64,000 bases of DNA. Origin: Eledone cirrhosa. Lineage: Eukaryota. Both the position numbers and the translations under genes were made by a program. Shown one piece after another: positions 24,208 through 37,700 of the stretch (within the stretch, counting starts at the first letter, position 1; every line of letters starts with the position of its first letter). The DNA lies in contig OZ024741.1 in the NCBI GenBank assembly GCA_964016885.1, positions 297,786,001 through 297,850,000 on the forward strand. The letters run 5' to 3'. The notes under the pieces were generated by a model. It saw only the letters and a list, made by a program, of their open reading frames with translations, searched no databases and had not been told where the DNA came from.

Positions 24208-24800
24208 CATGTATCCCAGTACAACCTGTCCCATGGTCGGGTCGTTGGCGACTAAACTGGCAACCCCACCGAGGTTTCTTGGTGAGGAGGATGACTTTGG
24301 ACATCCTGCAGGACTAAAAACAAAACCTGTCAAAGGGCAAAGGAGCTCTTAAGAGTCAATGGCCATCCGAAATCACCGGGAGAGGTGACCCCTTAGCCTT
24401 TGTCAAGGCAGAATTCTAGGAGAAGGAAAACTCTGATATAACACCTGCAACCCTGATGGTATCCAATGATGTTGACTTGTTCTTCTTTTTGGTAAATATC
24501 ATCTTGGTTAAGAGAGTGGGACTGGCTTTGTGCAGTGCCTTTGCTCACTATAAAAGCTTCACGGCACAGGCATTGCTTTATATCTGGAGATCTCTCTGCA
24601 CTTGTCGTCACATGGTACCATGGGCCCAGCACTATGTGTCAATAATTGTCACAAGTGTAGTGTTTGTATCAGAGTTTTCAAGTTGCTGGCTGGACTAAAA
24701 AGTCACACTCGTTCAGCGCATCAATAGGGGTTCTCCTACATGGATATAAAGTAGTGGCCGTACTCGAAAACGAGTTGGCAGCCACCATGTATGTATGTAT
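24208..24800 (+). mobile_element. Non-autonomous bipartite RTE derivative (RTE 5' region fused to RTE 3' end)
   Basis: The 3' ~170 bp (catgggcccagcact...ggcagccacc) is nearly identical to the end of 22375-23120. A near-identical inverted copy lies at 28221-28823. Confidence 0.85.
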
Positions 24801-25636
24801 GTTAGACGTCAAGCTCATGAATTAACGTGTAAATGGGTTGTGTATTCCACAAACACGTGTACCCTTAACATAATTCCCAAGAAGAATCACCCTGATGCAT
24901 TGAATTACAAATGCAATTCATCCAACGGGCTTCCATACAGATTCTGCCTAACCAATTTCACTCATAAAGATTGGGTGGATTTGAGGTTATGGTAAAAATA
25001 CATGCGATACAGTTGGATCGAATACGGCACTTCGTGGTTACGAAGGGAACTTCTTAACCACATGACCTTGCTCTGTCCACGAGATATTTAATATAACTAC
25101 AATGGTAGTATTAAAACCCTTACAATATAGCACTCACCTCATAGATACGAATTCTCTTGTGACTATGTAACGATGGTGATGACAATGATGACCATGATGA
25201 TCGTCATCATGATCATCGTTACCATCATGATCACCATCATTATTATTATGATAATCATCATCATCATCCCTCGTTATCTTGGAGAATGTGGTGCACACTC
25301 ATACACTGTATTTTCGTTTTTACTTTGCCTGTTGGAGTCCAATTCACCAACAGAAGGAGTTGAAAGTACAAGCTCATTGAAACACGCATAATTATTTTGT
25401 TCTATACCCCCACGTCTTAAGCGGTGTGTTCTACCACTATATGATACTATTTTACAAATAAATGGATTGTGTAGTTTAAAAGTAAACTCTCAATATCGGA
25501 CATGAAGCAGTGGTGATGACAGCAGTTGAATTGTTAGCCTTTATTGACCTCAACCTGATTGACACGGCCAGTTTTAACAATCACAAAAAAAGAATAAGTG
25601 CATTTTGATCTTCCTGTTATGTCCACTATCTTCCAG

Positions 25637-25829
25637 GTTTCCATTCTCCACACACTGTTCAGGCCTATGCTGGCTCAATATCAGCTGCTCTTTATAAAGG
25701 TTCTTCCAAAGGGATCCAACAGAATAAACCTCCCGACCCATTCGACATTTTATTCAAGAGAAAGTCGAAATCTCACTCTACAGATACAGAAGCCTGTGCT
25801 ACTTCAGAATCAAAGTTAGACTCTGCACG
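25637..25829 (+). CDS. Exon 3 of the FAM216-like gene
   Basis: Acceptor tatcttccag|, open in phase 1 (GFHSPHTVQAYAGSISAALYKG...), donor acg|gtaagt (phase 2). Confidence 0.75.
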
Positions 25830-27432
25830 GTAAGTATTTTATGTCGTCAGATGATACACTTGGGTATTTGTTGTTGTTGTTGTTATTTTCGCCCTGAATC
25901 AACAAATCACTGATTAAAGGCACCCCAGCTGAGACATAGCCTTTTATTCATACTGCATTTAGGACTATATTACCCAATTTGTCTTTCATAGTCTAACTAG
26001 GACCATATTGTTTAATGTGCTCTGTTTTTAAGACAGTAAGGCCGTTGTTGTTGTTTTTGTAGTTGATATTCGTTATCCTCAATTTAACAGTGGTTGAGCA
26101 GACCCAGGATAAAAAGCGTTTCAGCTGAGATTTTTTCTAATCTTAATTTAAAACAGTAGCGTGATTTTAGGGATCTTTGGTTGCTATTTCCAAGAAATCG
26201 AGAGATACATAGAAGCCCCCTTGTTGGACAGGGTGAGATTAGAAAATGATTTGGCTGCTATTTGTTGATAGGTCAAGTTATCAACTAGAAATCTCCCGTG
26301 TTGGCTCAGTGGGTTTTCATTTACATCTATAGAATATTTTGGCAAATTTTCCACTGTGTATCGCCACAGTAAATTAATTGACATGTATGGTTGTGTAGCG
26401 AATGAGCGTAGCTTAGTCATTAAGGTGTTCGGCTGACTGTCGTAAAGTCGTAAGTTCCTGGTAGCTCGTTTGCCCTAGAGCAAAACACTTTATTTCACGT
26501 TGCACCACTCCATTAAACTGGCAAACATGCGTTGTACCGGTAATTCAAAGGGCAAGCTTTGTCACACACTTACACGCTAAATTTCTCTAAGAATTGCATT
26601 AAGAGTTACACCTTGCCTATGTAATGCTCAGCAACGTATATGTTCATTTCATGAACAGGCTCTGCCAATGTTCGAACAGCTGAAACAGTCATCGTCGAAA
26701 ACGACGGAGGTCCTTTCTTTCACGGCTATTTCTCACACGATTAGCGTCTTTTTCTTACGTAGGCACAAACCTTCGGATTTAGAAGATTATATCGAACGCA
26801 CTATGTAACCTAGGACATATCAACTTCGGAAAGATGAAGGGTAAAGTCGACACCTGTGAGATTCGTAATCAGAACATAAATCGTCGTAAGTAAAGACTGC
26901 ATTGCTTGGCGATCTATCGATTTTGCTAATCCACTACAAGATTTACGAGACGAGTTTCCTGAAGTATTTTCTAGAACGTATGAGCTATTTCACTATTCGG
27001 TTGACATTTATAACCATTTGTGTAATCATAACATTGATTAAATTTAGTTATCTTATTATTATTTCAAATTGTGTTACCGTATAGCGAATATACTACGTCT
27101 GTGTCATTTTTTATAAGATTTTCAAGCGGCATTTTGGTTTTTATTATACACCTTCAGCAGGCGGCGTCTTCGTAGTATCTGTAGAACATCAGACAGACAA
27201 AATGCTTTGCGGGATTTAGTTACACTTTTCTACGTTCTGAGTTCAAATACCGCCGTGGTGAACAGCCTATCAACCTGACGGGCACGGTAAGATAAAGTAC
27301 CATTTGCGTACTGTGGACCATATAATCGGCTTTCCTCTTCCTCCAAATTGCTGATCTTGTGCCAATATACTCTGATTAGATTTATACCAAATGAGACTAA
27401 CAGAGACGCTACATATTCCACTCTATTTTCTC

Positions 27433-27533
<101 letters not shown>

Positions 27534-27844
27534 ATCTTACCCACACGAAATCGTTTTCCTCACTGTTTAACGAAAGTGTGCACTCTGGCCAGTTGGGTTC
27601 GAATTTTAATAATACGAACATAGTTCCCTATTGAGTGAGTGAGGAAACTGCCGAAGCTATGTCCGTTCCATTCCACTGGCTTCATCTCCTAATTATGTGT
27701 GTGTGTGTGTGGTTATCTATAGGCTTTATGTAATATGAATGAAAATACATGGCTATCAGTGACCAGTTCGTACATGTTCAATAAAATACCTTGATAATTA
27801 ACAAGCTTCTAGCTGATGCTGTGTTTTCCAGAGTCTTCTTTTAG

Positions 27845-27930
27845 TTCCCAGACGAATATCTCTAGAGCTGAAAGTTCTAAGTATTCAACAATGCATCCTG
27901 TGGGTCATGTCAACTTTGTTTTTTATGTGG
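27845..27930 (+). CDS. Tentative exon 4 (phase 2 to 1)
   Basis: Acceptor tcttcttttag|, SQTNISRAESSKYSTMHPVGHVNFVFYV, donor tgg|gtaata. Provides the phase change needed to join the giant exon in frame. Confidence 0.45.
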
Positions 27931-27942
27931 GTAATATACATA

Positions 27943-27983
<41 letters not shown>

Positions 27984-28062
27984 CATAAGCAGAATAAATG
28001 GAGAAGGTAATACATTTAAAAACAAACTTTACATCTTACACTGTATTTCATCCATGCATATA

Positions 28063-28109
<47 letters not shown>

Positions 28110-28169
28110 ATGTATGTATATGTGTATGTATTCGTGTACGTATGTGTGTGTGTATATATATATATATAT

Positions 28170-29165
28170 AATGCTCCTTTTATAGAAAAACGTAAACAAG
28201 GGGAATAAACATACATACATACATGGTGGCTGCCAACTCGTTTTCGAGTAAGGCCACTACTTTATATGTAGGAGACCCCTACCGATGCGCTGAATGAGTG
28301 TGAATTTTTAGTCCAGCCAGCGACTTGAAAACTCTGGTACAAACACTACACTTGTGACAATTATTGACACAGTGCTGGGCCCATGGTACCATGTGACGTC
28401 AAGTGCAGAGAGATCTCCAGATACAAAGCAATGCCTGTGCCGTGAAGCTTTTATAGTGAGCAAAGGCACTGCACAAAGCCAGTCCCACTCTCTTAACCAA
28501 GATGATATTTACCAAAAAGAAGAACAAGTCAACATCATTGGATACCATCAGAGTTGCAGGTGTTATATCAGAGTTTTCCTTCTCCTAGAATTCTGCCTTG
28601 ACAAAGGCTAAGGGATCATCTCTCCCGGTGATTTTGGATGGCCATTGACTCTTAAGAGCTCCTTTGCCCTTTGACAGGTTTTGTTTTTAGTCCTGCAGGA
28701 TGTCCAAAGTCATCCTCCTCACCAAGAAACCTCGGTGGGGTTGCCAGTTTAGTCGCCAACGACCCGACCATGAGATAGGTTGTACTGGGATGCATGTTAC
28801 CAGTAGCACTAACTGGTGACCTGACATACATACATACATACATACATACATACATACATACCTCTCTCTCTACATATATATATATAACAAAGAGGGTGTT
28901 GTAAGATACCAGGTAGACCATAGCCCACCAGAGTACTCGATACTTGGGGTAGTAGAGTGGGTAATATGAAAAGAGTCAGGACCCCGACGGTTGAGGTCCG
29001 ACCGTTTCGATAGCTAGATCCGATCTAGTTCGGATCTAGCTATCGAAACGGTCGGACCTCAACCGTCGGGGTCCTGAATCTTTTCATATTACCCACTCTA
29101 CTACCCCAAGTATCGAGTACTCTGGCGCGTTAAGGTCCACCTGGTATCTTACCACACCCTCTTTG

Positions 29166-29216
<51 letters not shown>

Positions 29217-29297
29217 GTATGTATGTATGTATGTATGTATGTATGTGTGTGTGTATATATATTCCCCTTGTTTACGTTTTTCTATAAAAGGAGCATT
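28170..29297. repeat. Long palindrome centred at 29024-29029; left arm interrupted by the RTE derivative
   Basis: 28824-29023 versus 29030-29245, and 28170-28206 versus 29261-29297, are reverse complements. Confidence 0.9.
28221..28823 (-). mobile_element. Full-length copy of the non-autonomous RTE derivative, inserted in (ACAT)n
   Basis: Reverse complement of 24208-24800 with ~25 extra 5' bases; flanked by ACAT repeats on both sides. Confidence 0.88.
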
Positions 29298-30176
29298 AGT
29301 GTGCAATATAGAATTATTTTAGAAGCGTAAATCTAAAGTGTAATAATTAGAATAAGATACATGCATAATGACTTCGGCTTGTCACTCTTGAGTAATCAAC
29401 TGTAGTCGTTACTCGGCTGAAAGGAATGGGGGATGGGGTGGAATGTTTGATGAATGTCAGAATGGATGTCATAAGACAACCTCATATCTCATTACATCAC
29501 GTACTAGTCATCGTATTTCATATATCGGGCGAGTTTTCTTTAATATTCATGAGGAATTTAGATAAGTTAGGACAGGGTTAAATGAGTTCGTTTTAAAAAA
29601 AATCAAACTCGGTAAGACAAGAAATGATTTAAAATATCCCAGTAAAACAAAGTAACAGATACATTTGTTTAAACCATCCATGGCAAAATCAGTAGAGCGT
29701 CGGACGACATGCTTTTCGGCATAGTTTCTCTTCTTTACTTTCTGAGTTCAAATCCCGCCGAGGTTATCTTTGTTTTTCACCTTGACGAGGTCGATAAAAT
29801 AATGTACCAGTAATGCACTGGGATTGATTTCGTCGACTTTCCCTAATCTCCGAAATTGTTGGCCTTGTGCCTAAATCAGCTTGGTATGATTTATCTTCTG
29901 TTTCAATGTTATTAGTTGGTGTATGTGTGTGTGTGTGTGTATGTATGTGTGTGTGTATGTATGTCTGTATGTAAGACTCTGATACATTATATATATCCAA
30001 ACAGGAACTCAAGCACCGTGCGAGTCAATGCCAGGAAACAGATTCCACGAATTAACCAGCAAAACACAGGAAATGGGAATTCAGAAACGAATGCTTGGAA
30101 ATCTAAACCTCAAGAAAATGTGTTACAATCAGCGAGGGACGGCAGAGGTACGGACTTCCATAGCACTATCCCATGA

Positions 30177-30207
<31 letters not shown>

Positions 30208-30577
30208 TGTATGTATGGTCTCCTAACTCCTGCGGGAGACGTAGGGGTGCCATATTGACATACGGCACCCATCTTTCTCCAGGCCTGAGTACAGCAGATT
30301 TCTTCAAGAGAACGATAGAAAGTGAGAGATTGAGGAAATGAGAAAGATATATATATAGAGGAATCGCCCCCAGTACTAGACTGGTACTTTTTTATCGACT
30401 TCGAAAGGATGAAAGACAAAGTTGATCTTGGTGGAATCTGAACTGAGAGAGCAGAGAGCCAGAACGAATAACATAAAGCATTCTATCCGACGTCTGTGTG
30501 TGTATTTATATATATGTGTGTACGTATGCATACTTACATTTATGTATCAGCTGTGATAGGGCGAGAAATAAAATTCC

Positions 30578-30627
<50 letters not shown>

Positions 30628-30797
30628 ATAATAATAAATTTGAAGACTAAAATCCAAAGAGGGCTCGATAAGAATAAATATATATCAAATATATAAAAAC
30701 CGTACAGCAAATATTTAAGTAAATAGTTAAAGGTGAAAGCAGCGATTCTTTGCTTAAACTTTAATCTGTTATTTTAATAAATATATATATATATATA

Positions 30798-32110
30798 GAA
30801 GTGGTTAGACAACAGTTAGTTCACCATACCGAGAACAATTGTTTCACCTTAGCGGATCCTCAGCTCGGAATGGGCATGGTTATAGGAACAGGAAGGACAA
30901 CCGTACGAACGCGCATGCGTAGAAACCCGGTCACTTCACACAGGCAATACTAGACTGCGTGCGAGAGGTGTAAGGGAGATAACTGCGAAAGTCCGAAAAG
31001 TTTTTAGGTTGAAAATAAAATTACAAAGAATCAGTCCGGAGCCTTGTAGTTATGCAATAGGTGTTCGGCGACGTGTGGACAACGTGTAAAAAATTCATTT
31101 CTCGTGTTTAGGCAATCACTATTGCGTAATCTCTTTAGAATAGTAATTCGTTCGTCAATACATAAGCCACACGTATGGCTTGGACTTAGTGATGGCTTTC
31201 CATTGAATTGAGTAGTCTATACTTGAGTCCTTGAGGGACCATACGTGGCTCGCGAGTTTCGTGGATGAACGTCTGTCCCGGTATCTGAAGGTAGACTGGT
31301 GGTTCAGTAAACTTTCCTTAAATCGGCCCTCCGCCATGCCCACATAGGATTTGACCTCCTGTGGTTCGTTTGGTCAGTTGGAAGTGACCACAGCTTCATA
31401 AATTACAGCTGGTGTATTGCATTGCTGTTGAAGGGGGCAAGCTTCAGGCATACGGCAAGAGCACCCTAGTGGGGTGTTGCTCCTAGGGCTGCTGGTGATG
31501 TGGGCCTTCACGTTCTTAGCGCAGGAGTATCCTAGTTTAACTTTGTATCGGTTAAAGATGGATCGGTATTTATGACCTATGGGAAAGTGTCTATCTAAGA
31601 GGGCTAAAAATTCTTTTCCTACATTGGTTTTAACCTTGAGTGAGAAGGGAGGAGAGAACCAGATAGTTTGTCTATTGTTGCGCTTACTTTTCTTAATGGT
31701 GTTGCTGCTAGTGGGAGAGTAAGTGATAGGTTGTGAGAAGCCGCTGTTAGCCAACGCCGTGTTATAGTAGGGTGCCGCCCTGTCAAAGATAGCCTTATTA
31801 GAGGAGAGGATTGAGATTCTAGTACTGATATTCTTAACGATATTCTTAACAGTGGGAGGGTGGCGTGAGTCCTTGTGAATGTAATTGAGTTTCTCGTTTA
31901 GCTTATGGAAGGGTATGTGGGTGTGTGTGCGAAGGTCTAAATTAATGTCTAAGAAATCTACGCTAGAGAGGTTGGTGGCTACTGTTATCCTAAGGCGTAA
32001 CTCATTGAAGGTAGAAGCTAAGTCTTTTTAAAACCGGTCGAGGTCGTGACCACTTTTATGGCTCGATAAAGTCAGTCCATCATCACGGTATATTCCCGTG
32101 TGGAAGTCAA
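30798..32110 (-). mobile_element. 5'-truncated Penelope-like element (RT C-terminus + GIY-YIG endonuclease + 3' pseudo-LTR)
   Basis: GIYRDDGL (~32073-32096), IWFSPPFS..VKTNVGK, CSC...CPL...C...VIYEA, YVGMAE..FKE...NH, TKLASHVW; contains stops. Confidence 0.92.
30829..30868 (-). ncRNA. Hammerhead ribozyme in the Penelope pseudo-LTR
   Basis: CCGAG-CUGAGGA-U-CC(GCUAA)GG-U-GAAAC-AAUU-GUU|CUCGG. Perfect 5-bp helix I, palindromic helix III AACAAUUGUU, very short helix II. Confidence 0.75.
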
Positions 32111-32227
32111 CTTGCCATTTCATCAGGGGCGTGTCGTGTCCATATAAGGGTATGAGTTATCCATCTGAGGGTAAAGGTTCGTTATAATATGTTAAAGAAA
32201 TCTTTTCTTTCACAACCTATAAAGAAC

Positions 32228-32293
<66 letters not shown>

Positions 32294-32469
32294 TGTGTGT
32301 GTGTGTGTGTGTGTAGGGAAAAGGATAACAGAGAGTTGAAGATGCATTTTCGACTCTTTAATATAATTTTTCCAATATAACTTGTAAAATTTGTTTAATT
32401 TTCTAACCTCTAAGATTTTTCACTACATACATACATACATACAAATATTACTAAAATAGAAAAAAAGAT

Positions 32470-32650
32470 TGCTGACCTCCGGAAAACTATAGAATTTCTG
32501 ACAGTGCTCCTTACCGTATTTGCCGGCCTATATTTTACGTTATGTTTTTACGTTTATAGGCATTTTTATGGACCACGCCCAATATTCACGGTTTTTCACT
32601 CTTCGCGGGTGCTTTAGGAACGTAACCCCCGCGAATACCGGGGGCAACTG
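32470..32650. mobile_element. Tigger/pogo-like DNA transposon end
   Basis: ttcgcgggt...ggaacgtaacccccgcgaataccgggggcaactg terminus. Confidence 0.55.
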
Positions 32651-33060
32651 AAATATATATATATATCATAAAGAAGAGAGACGGTTTTAAATGTACATTC
32701 TCTATTTATTGCATAATCCTGTTATACGTATTTCGAAGACATCAAAGTGATTACATAATAACCCTGTGGTCTCATTAGAAGGTGCAAAGTTGTAATGTTT
32801 TTATTCTGATATACCACTGTAGTTAGGAACATGGTGGTAGTAGTCCACTATTGACACTCCGTCTAATACTTATAGATAATTGATTCTACTTGTTGCACAA
32901 TGCCACCAATTATCCCGATGCATAACTGGTGCTTTATTTTATCAACCCCGTAAGGATGGAGGCAAAGTTAACCCCGGACCTTAAGGACCCACTAGGCGGA
33001 GTGCTTACTGTTTAAACTATAGTCGGTCGATTAATTGATCAACTAACGTTCCTTTACTTG

Positions 33061-33115
<55 letters not shown>

Positions 33116-33118
<3 letters not shown>

Positions 33119-33303
33119 GTTTCTACTTTTGGCACAAGGCCAGCAATTACCCAGTGTATTACTGGTACTTTATTTTATCGACTCCGTAAGGATGAAAGGC
33201 AAAGTTAACCTCGACGGGATTTGAACTCAAATCGTAAAGGGACGTAACTATGCTAGAAAGCATGGCGTCCAACCCTCTACTTATACTGCCAATTCACCGC
33301 CCT
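33116..33303 (-). mobile_element. Full-length SINE family A
   Basis: Complete reverse-complement copy from head (gggcggtgaattggcag) to tail. Confidence 0.85.
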
Positions 33304-34724
33304 ACCAGAGGGAGAAAAAGGGCGAGAGACATTTAAATGGTGTAGTCTCTCGTCTTGCTGATAAGTTAAGTGTTTATCATCAATACTATCGACTACACAC
33401 ATGAAACGCCATACCTTATCATGACCACAGTCTAATGACTAAAACCAATAAAAGAATAAAAGAAAATATAAATATACAAATATATATCTATTTCGAAATA
33501 CATACATGCTAACGGACTATACATGTATGCTTACACACACACGCACACGCACACACACATGCAAACGGACTTACATATATATAAATACATGTATACACAC
33601 GCATACATACATGAATACACACATTCTTATGTATGCATACATACAAACATACATAAATACGTACATACATAAACTGTGTGAAATAGGTGCATACTTTAAC
33701 AGGAGAAAATCGATTTCTTTATTGATGTCTATTCCTTTCAATTATTAATGCAACAACTATCAGCCTGGTTATTTATCTTATTACATTCATTGAAGATACC
33801 TTTAAATCAAGATTATCGCTGTTATATGTTTCAAACTTTAATTTATCTTACTGATATTCGTTTATAATGGCATGGTTGGACACACTGAAATCAACGACTT
33901 CGCTGACAAACCCAGGAATGACAAACTGTTATCAACATTTTATTAGTTATAAAAGGACTCAAAAACTTGATAATGGTTTCTAATTTTAGCACATGGCCAG
34001 TTATTTTGAAGAAAGGGAACTATATTATGTTGTTGACCCTCGTTCTTGACTAGTACTTTATTTTTATTTTTACTTTGGAAAGATGAAAGGCAGAATTTGA
34101 ACTCAGAAAGTAAAGAGCTATGAACTCTATAATGACTTTTATAATTGTAATTATATGGTAAAGGAGGAACCTTCTGTAGGATATATGAATAGGATGAATA
34201 TGTGATACCGAGCCCACCCCAAACTAAATAATGTCACAATAAAGCAGCCACGCCCATAAGCAATATCTTCCTGTAAATAGAACACACATGTACACAGACA
34301 CATCTTCTAGTTTAACACCGTCCCTTCGTCCTTTGGTGACTTTATGGAAGTCTACTTTGTGGTATGCATTTGATCCTGTTCTCCAGTCTGAAGATAACAT
34401 CCTGTCTTCTTCCTACTAGTCTTGTATACACTGAAAAGTGTCATGGGCGCAGATCTTCCCTGAAAAAGCGACAAAAATATAAAAACAAAAGGTGGGTTTT
34501 TTTTCAAAGAAAGAAAGAAACCATCTAACTCGTATGTAGAGGGGGAATACTATGTTAGAATCAGAGACGAATACTTAAATACATATTCAAATTGTTACTC
34601 CTGTATGTATAGGGTAAAGTGTTTGTGTGTACGTGTTTTAATCTTACTTATTTATAATTATTAGTGTATATGTGTGATTATACTTTGCTCATTTAATAAG
34701 ACTGGGTTGTTATTTTTTTTATAG

Positions 34725-37700
34725 GAAGACGACGAAAATATCGTGAAAACACCGACGGAGAAAAATGCCAGACTGAAACCCAACATTTATCAGAAAAAGA
34801 TAAAGCGGAGAGTGAGATGAAAGGAAATGAAGACGTTCCTTTCACGAAAGTTTCCAATTCAGGCATATCTTCAGAGAACACTTGTAACAAAACAGACTTT
34901 TCTCATGGAATATCTGAACGAAATGTTAGCAAGGTATCTCGTAAAAAAACAACCAAAGATCAAACGAATTCCATTACTTTGAAACCCACTAAAGATGTTG
35001 ATAAACAGAAACATACATCAAGAAAATATGGTTCGTCAGAAACAACAGAGGGAGGAGATGTAAATACAGATGATGTTATCAGACAGAGGAAAAAGAAAGG
35101 AAAACTGAAAAAGAAACTGAAAAGAGATGTTGATAGTCCAAAACAACACAATAATAATGTCGTTGATTTCCAGTTACTAGACGATTCTCAACCTCAACGA
35201 AATGATGACTTTGAAGAGCGAGATATGAATGATGTAAAAATAGACCAAAATGATACAAACTGTAAAGAAAATATTGATAATTATTCCAATAATGCTGATG
35301 AAGAGAAAAATGATGAATTGATGGCCAAATATTTGCCAATCGATGTAACTAACCCAAGTCAAGGAGTTTCTGTAGATGACGGTAATTCTGAAGATGACGT
35401 AAAAAAGATTTCGGAAGACCCTGAAGACAAAATGGAGGATAGCGAGGGTAAAGAAAAAGACCAACCGCATGGCATTAATGCAGTTGGACAGAATGGGTTG
35501 AATTTATCTAAAAAGGTCCCAGAAGAACCTGAAGATGAGATGGAAAATGTCGAAAATAAAGAAAACGACCAGCGGGACGACACTAATGCTGTTGAAAAAA
35601 ATCGACTGAATTTGTCCCTGGTTACATCTGATTCCTTAAACTACGACGAAGAGGGTGAAAAAGAAACAAGCTTAACAACATCTGAGGTCAAAAAGGATAT
35701 TAACGAATCTCTTGATAAGCCAGATGTTGAGACTGGATCTTTAGAAACGAAAAATAAAGAAAATGTTGAGAACACGGAAACATCCGAGTTAGATGTTGAA
35801 ATAAACAGTGATGACAGACTGCAGAATGTCTCATTGATATCAAATCATAGTCCAGAAAATAATGATGCTACTGAAAAGACTGTGTCATTTATCAACAATG
35901 ACAAAGATAATGATGATAAAGTCGAGATAGCGTCTGGCATTGACAGAAATGAAAATCACAGCAAATTAAATAGGAAAGGTAAATTGAATAAAATGAAAAC
36001 CGATCAAAACACTGGGAACGATATTGGAAACGCTGATAGATCTCCGAGAAAATCGAAAACCGATGAAAACAATGGGAGCGATATTGGAAACGGTGATAGA
36101 TCTCCCAGAAAATCGAAAACCGATCAAAACACCGGGAAAGATATTGGAAACGATGATAGATCTCCGAGAAAATCGAAAACCGATCAAAACACCGGGAAAG
36201 ATATTGGGAATGATGATATATCTCCGAGAAAATCGAAAACCGATCAAAACACCGGGAAAGATATTGGGAATGATGATATATCTCCCAGAAAATCGAAAAC
36301 CGATCAAAACAATGGGAACGATATTGGAAACGATGATAGATCTCCGAGAAAATCGAAAACCGATGAAAACAATGGGAACGATATCGGAAAGGGTGATCGA
36401 TCTCCGAGGAAAACAGAAACGGATCAAAACACTGGAACAGATATTGGAAACGATGAGAGATCTCCGAGAAAATCAAAAATCGATCAAAACACCGGGAAAG
36501 ATATTGGAAACGATGACATATCTCCGAGAAAATCGAAAACCTATCAAAACAATGGGAAAGATATTGGAAACGATGATAGATCTCCAAGAAATTCGAAAAC
36601 CGATCAAAACAATGGGAACGATATTGGAAACGATGATAGATCTCCGAGAAAATCGAAAACCGATCAAAACACTGGAACAGATATTGGAAATGATGATAGA
36701 TCTCCGAGAAAATCGAAAACCGATCAATACAATGGGAAAGATATTGGAAACGATGATAGATCTCCGAGAAAATCGAAACCCGATCAAAACAATGGGAACG
36801 ATATTGGAAACGATGATATATCTCCGAGAAAATCGAAAACCGATCAAAACAATGTGAAAGATATTGGAAACGATGATAGATCTCCGAGAAAATCGAAAAC
36901 CGATCAAAACACTAGAACAGATATTGGAAATGATGATAGATCTCCGAGAAAATCGAAAACCGATCAAATCAATGGGAAAGATATTGGAAACGATGATAGA
37001 TCTCCGAGAAAATCGAAAACCGATCAAAACAATGGGAACGATATTGGAAACGATAACAGATCTCCGAGAAAAACAGAAACCGATCAAAACACTGGAACAG
37101 ATATTGGAAACGATGATAGATCTCCGAGAAAAACAGAAACTGATCAAAACAATGGGAACGATATTGGAAACGATGATAGATCTCCGGGAAAATCGAAAAC
37201 CGATCAAAACAATGGGAACGATATTGGAAACGATGATAGGTCTCCGAGAAATTCGAAAACCGATCAAAACACTGGAACAGATATTGGAAACGATGATAGA
37301 TCTCCTATAAAATCGAAAACCGATCAAAACACCGGGAAAGATATTGGGAACGATGATATATCTCCGAGAAAAACAGAAACCGATCAAAACACTGGAACAG
37401 ATATTGGAAACGATGATAGTTCTCCGAGAAAATCGAAAACCGATCAAAACAATGGGAACGGTATTGGAAACGATAATAGATCTCCGAGAAAATCGAAAAC
37501 CGACCAAAACACCGGGAAAGATATTGGAAACGATGATAGATCTCCGAGAAAATCGAAAACCGATCAAAACAATGTGAAAGATATTGGAAACGATGATAGA
37601 TCTCCGAGAAAAACAGAAACTGATCAAAACAATGGGAACGATATTGGAAACGATGATAGGTCTCCGAGAAATTCGAAAACCGATCGAAACACTGGAACAG

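Noticed and set aside
24222-24245. cctgtcccatggtcgggt resembling the twister ribozyme P4/L4
   Set aside because: The CCC loop is not conserved in the other two copies, and P1/P2 partners could not be placed.
30005-30178. Short ORFs ending in (TATG)n
   Set aside because: Possibly a LINE 3' stub, but no recognisable motif supports a call.
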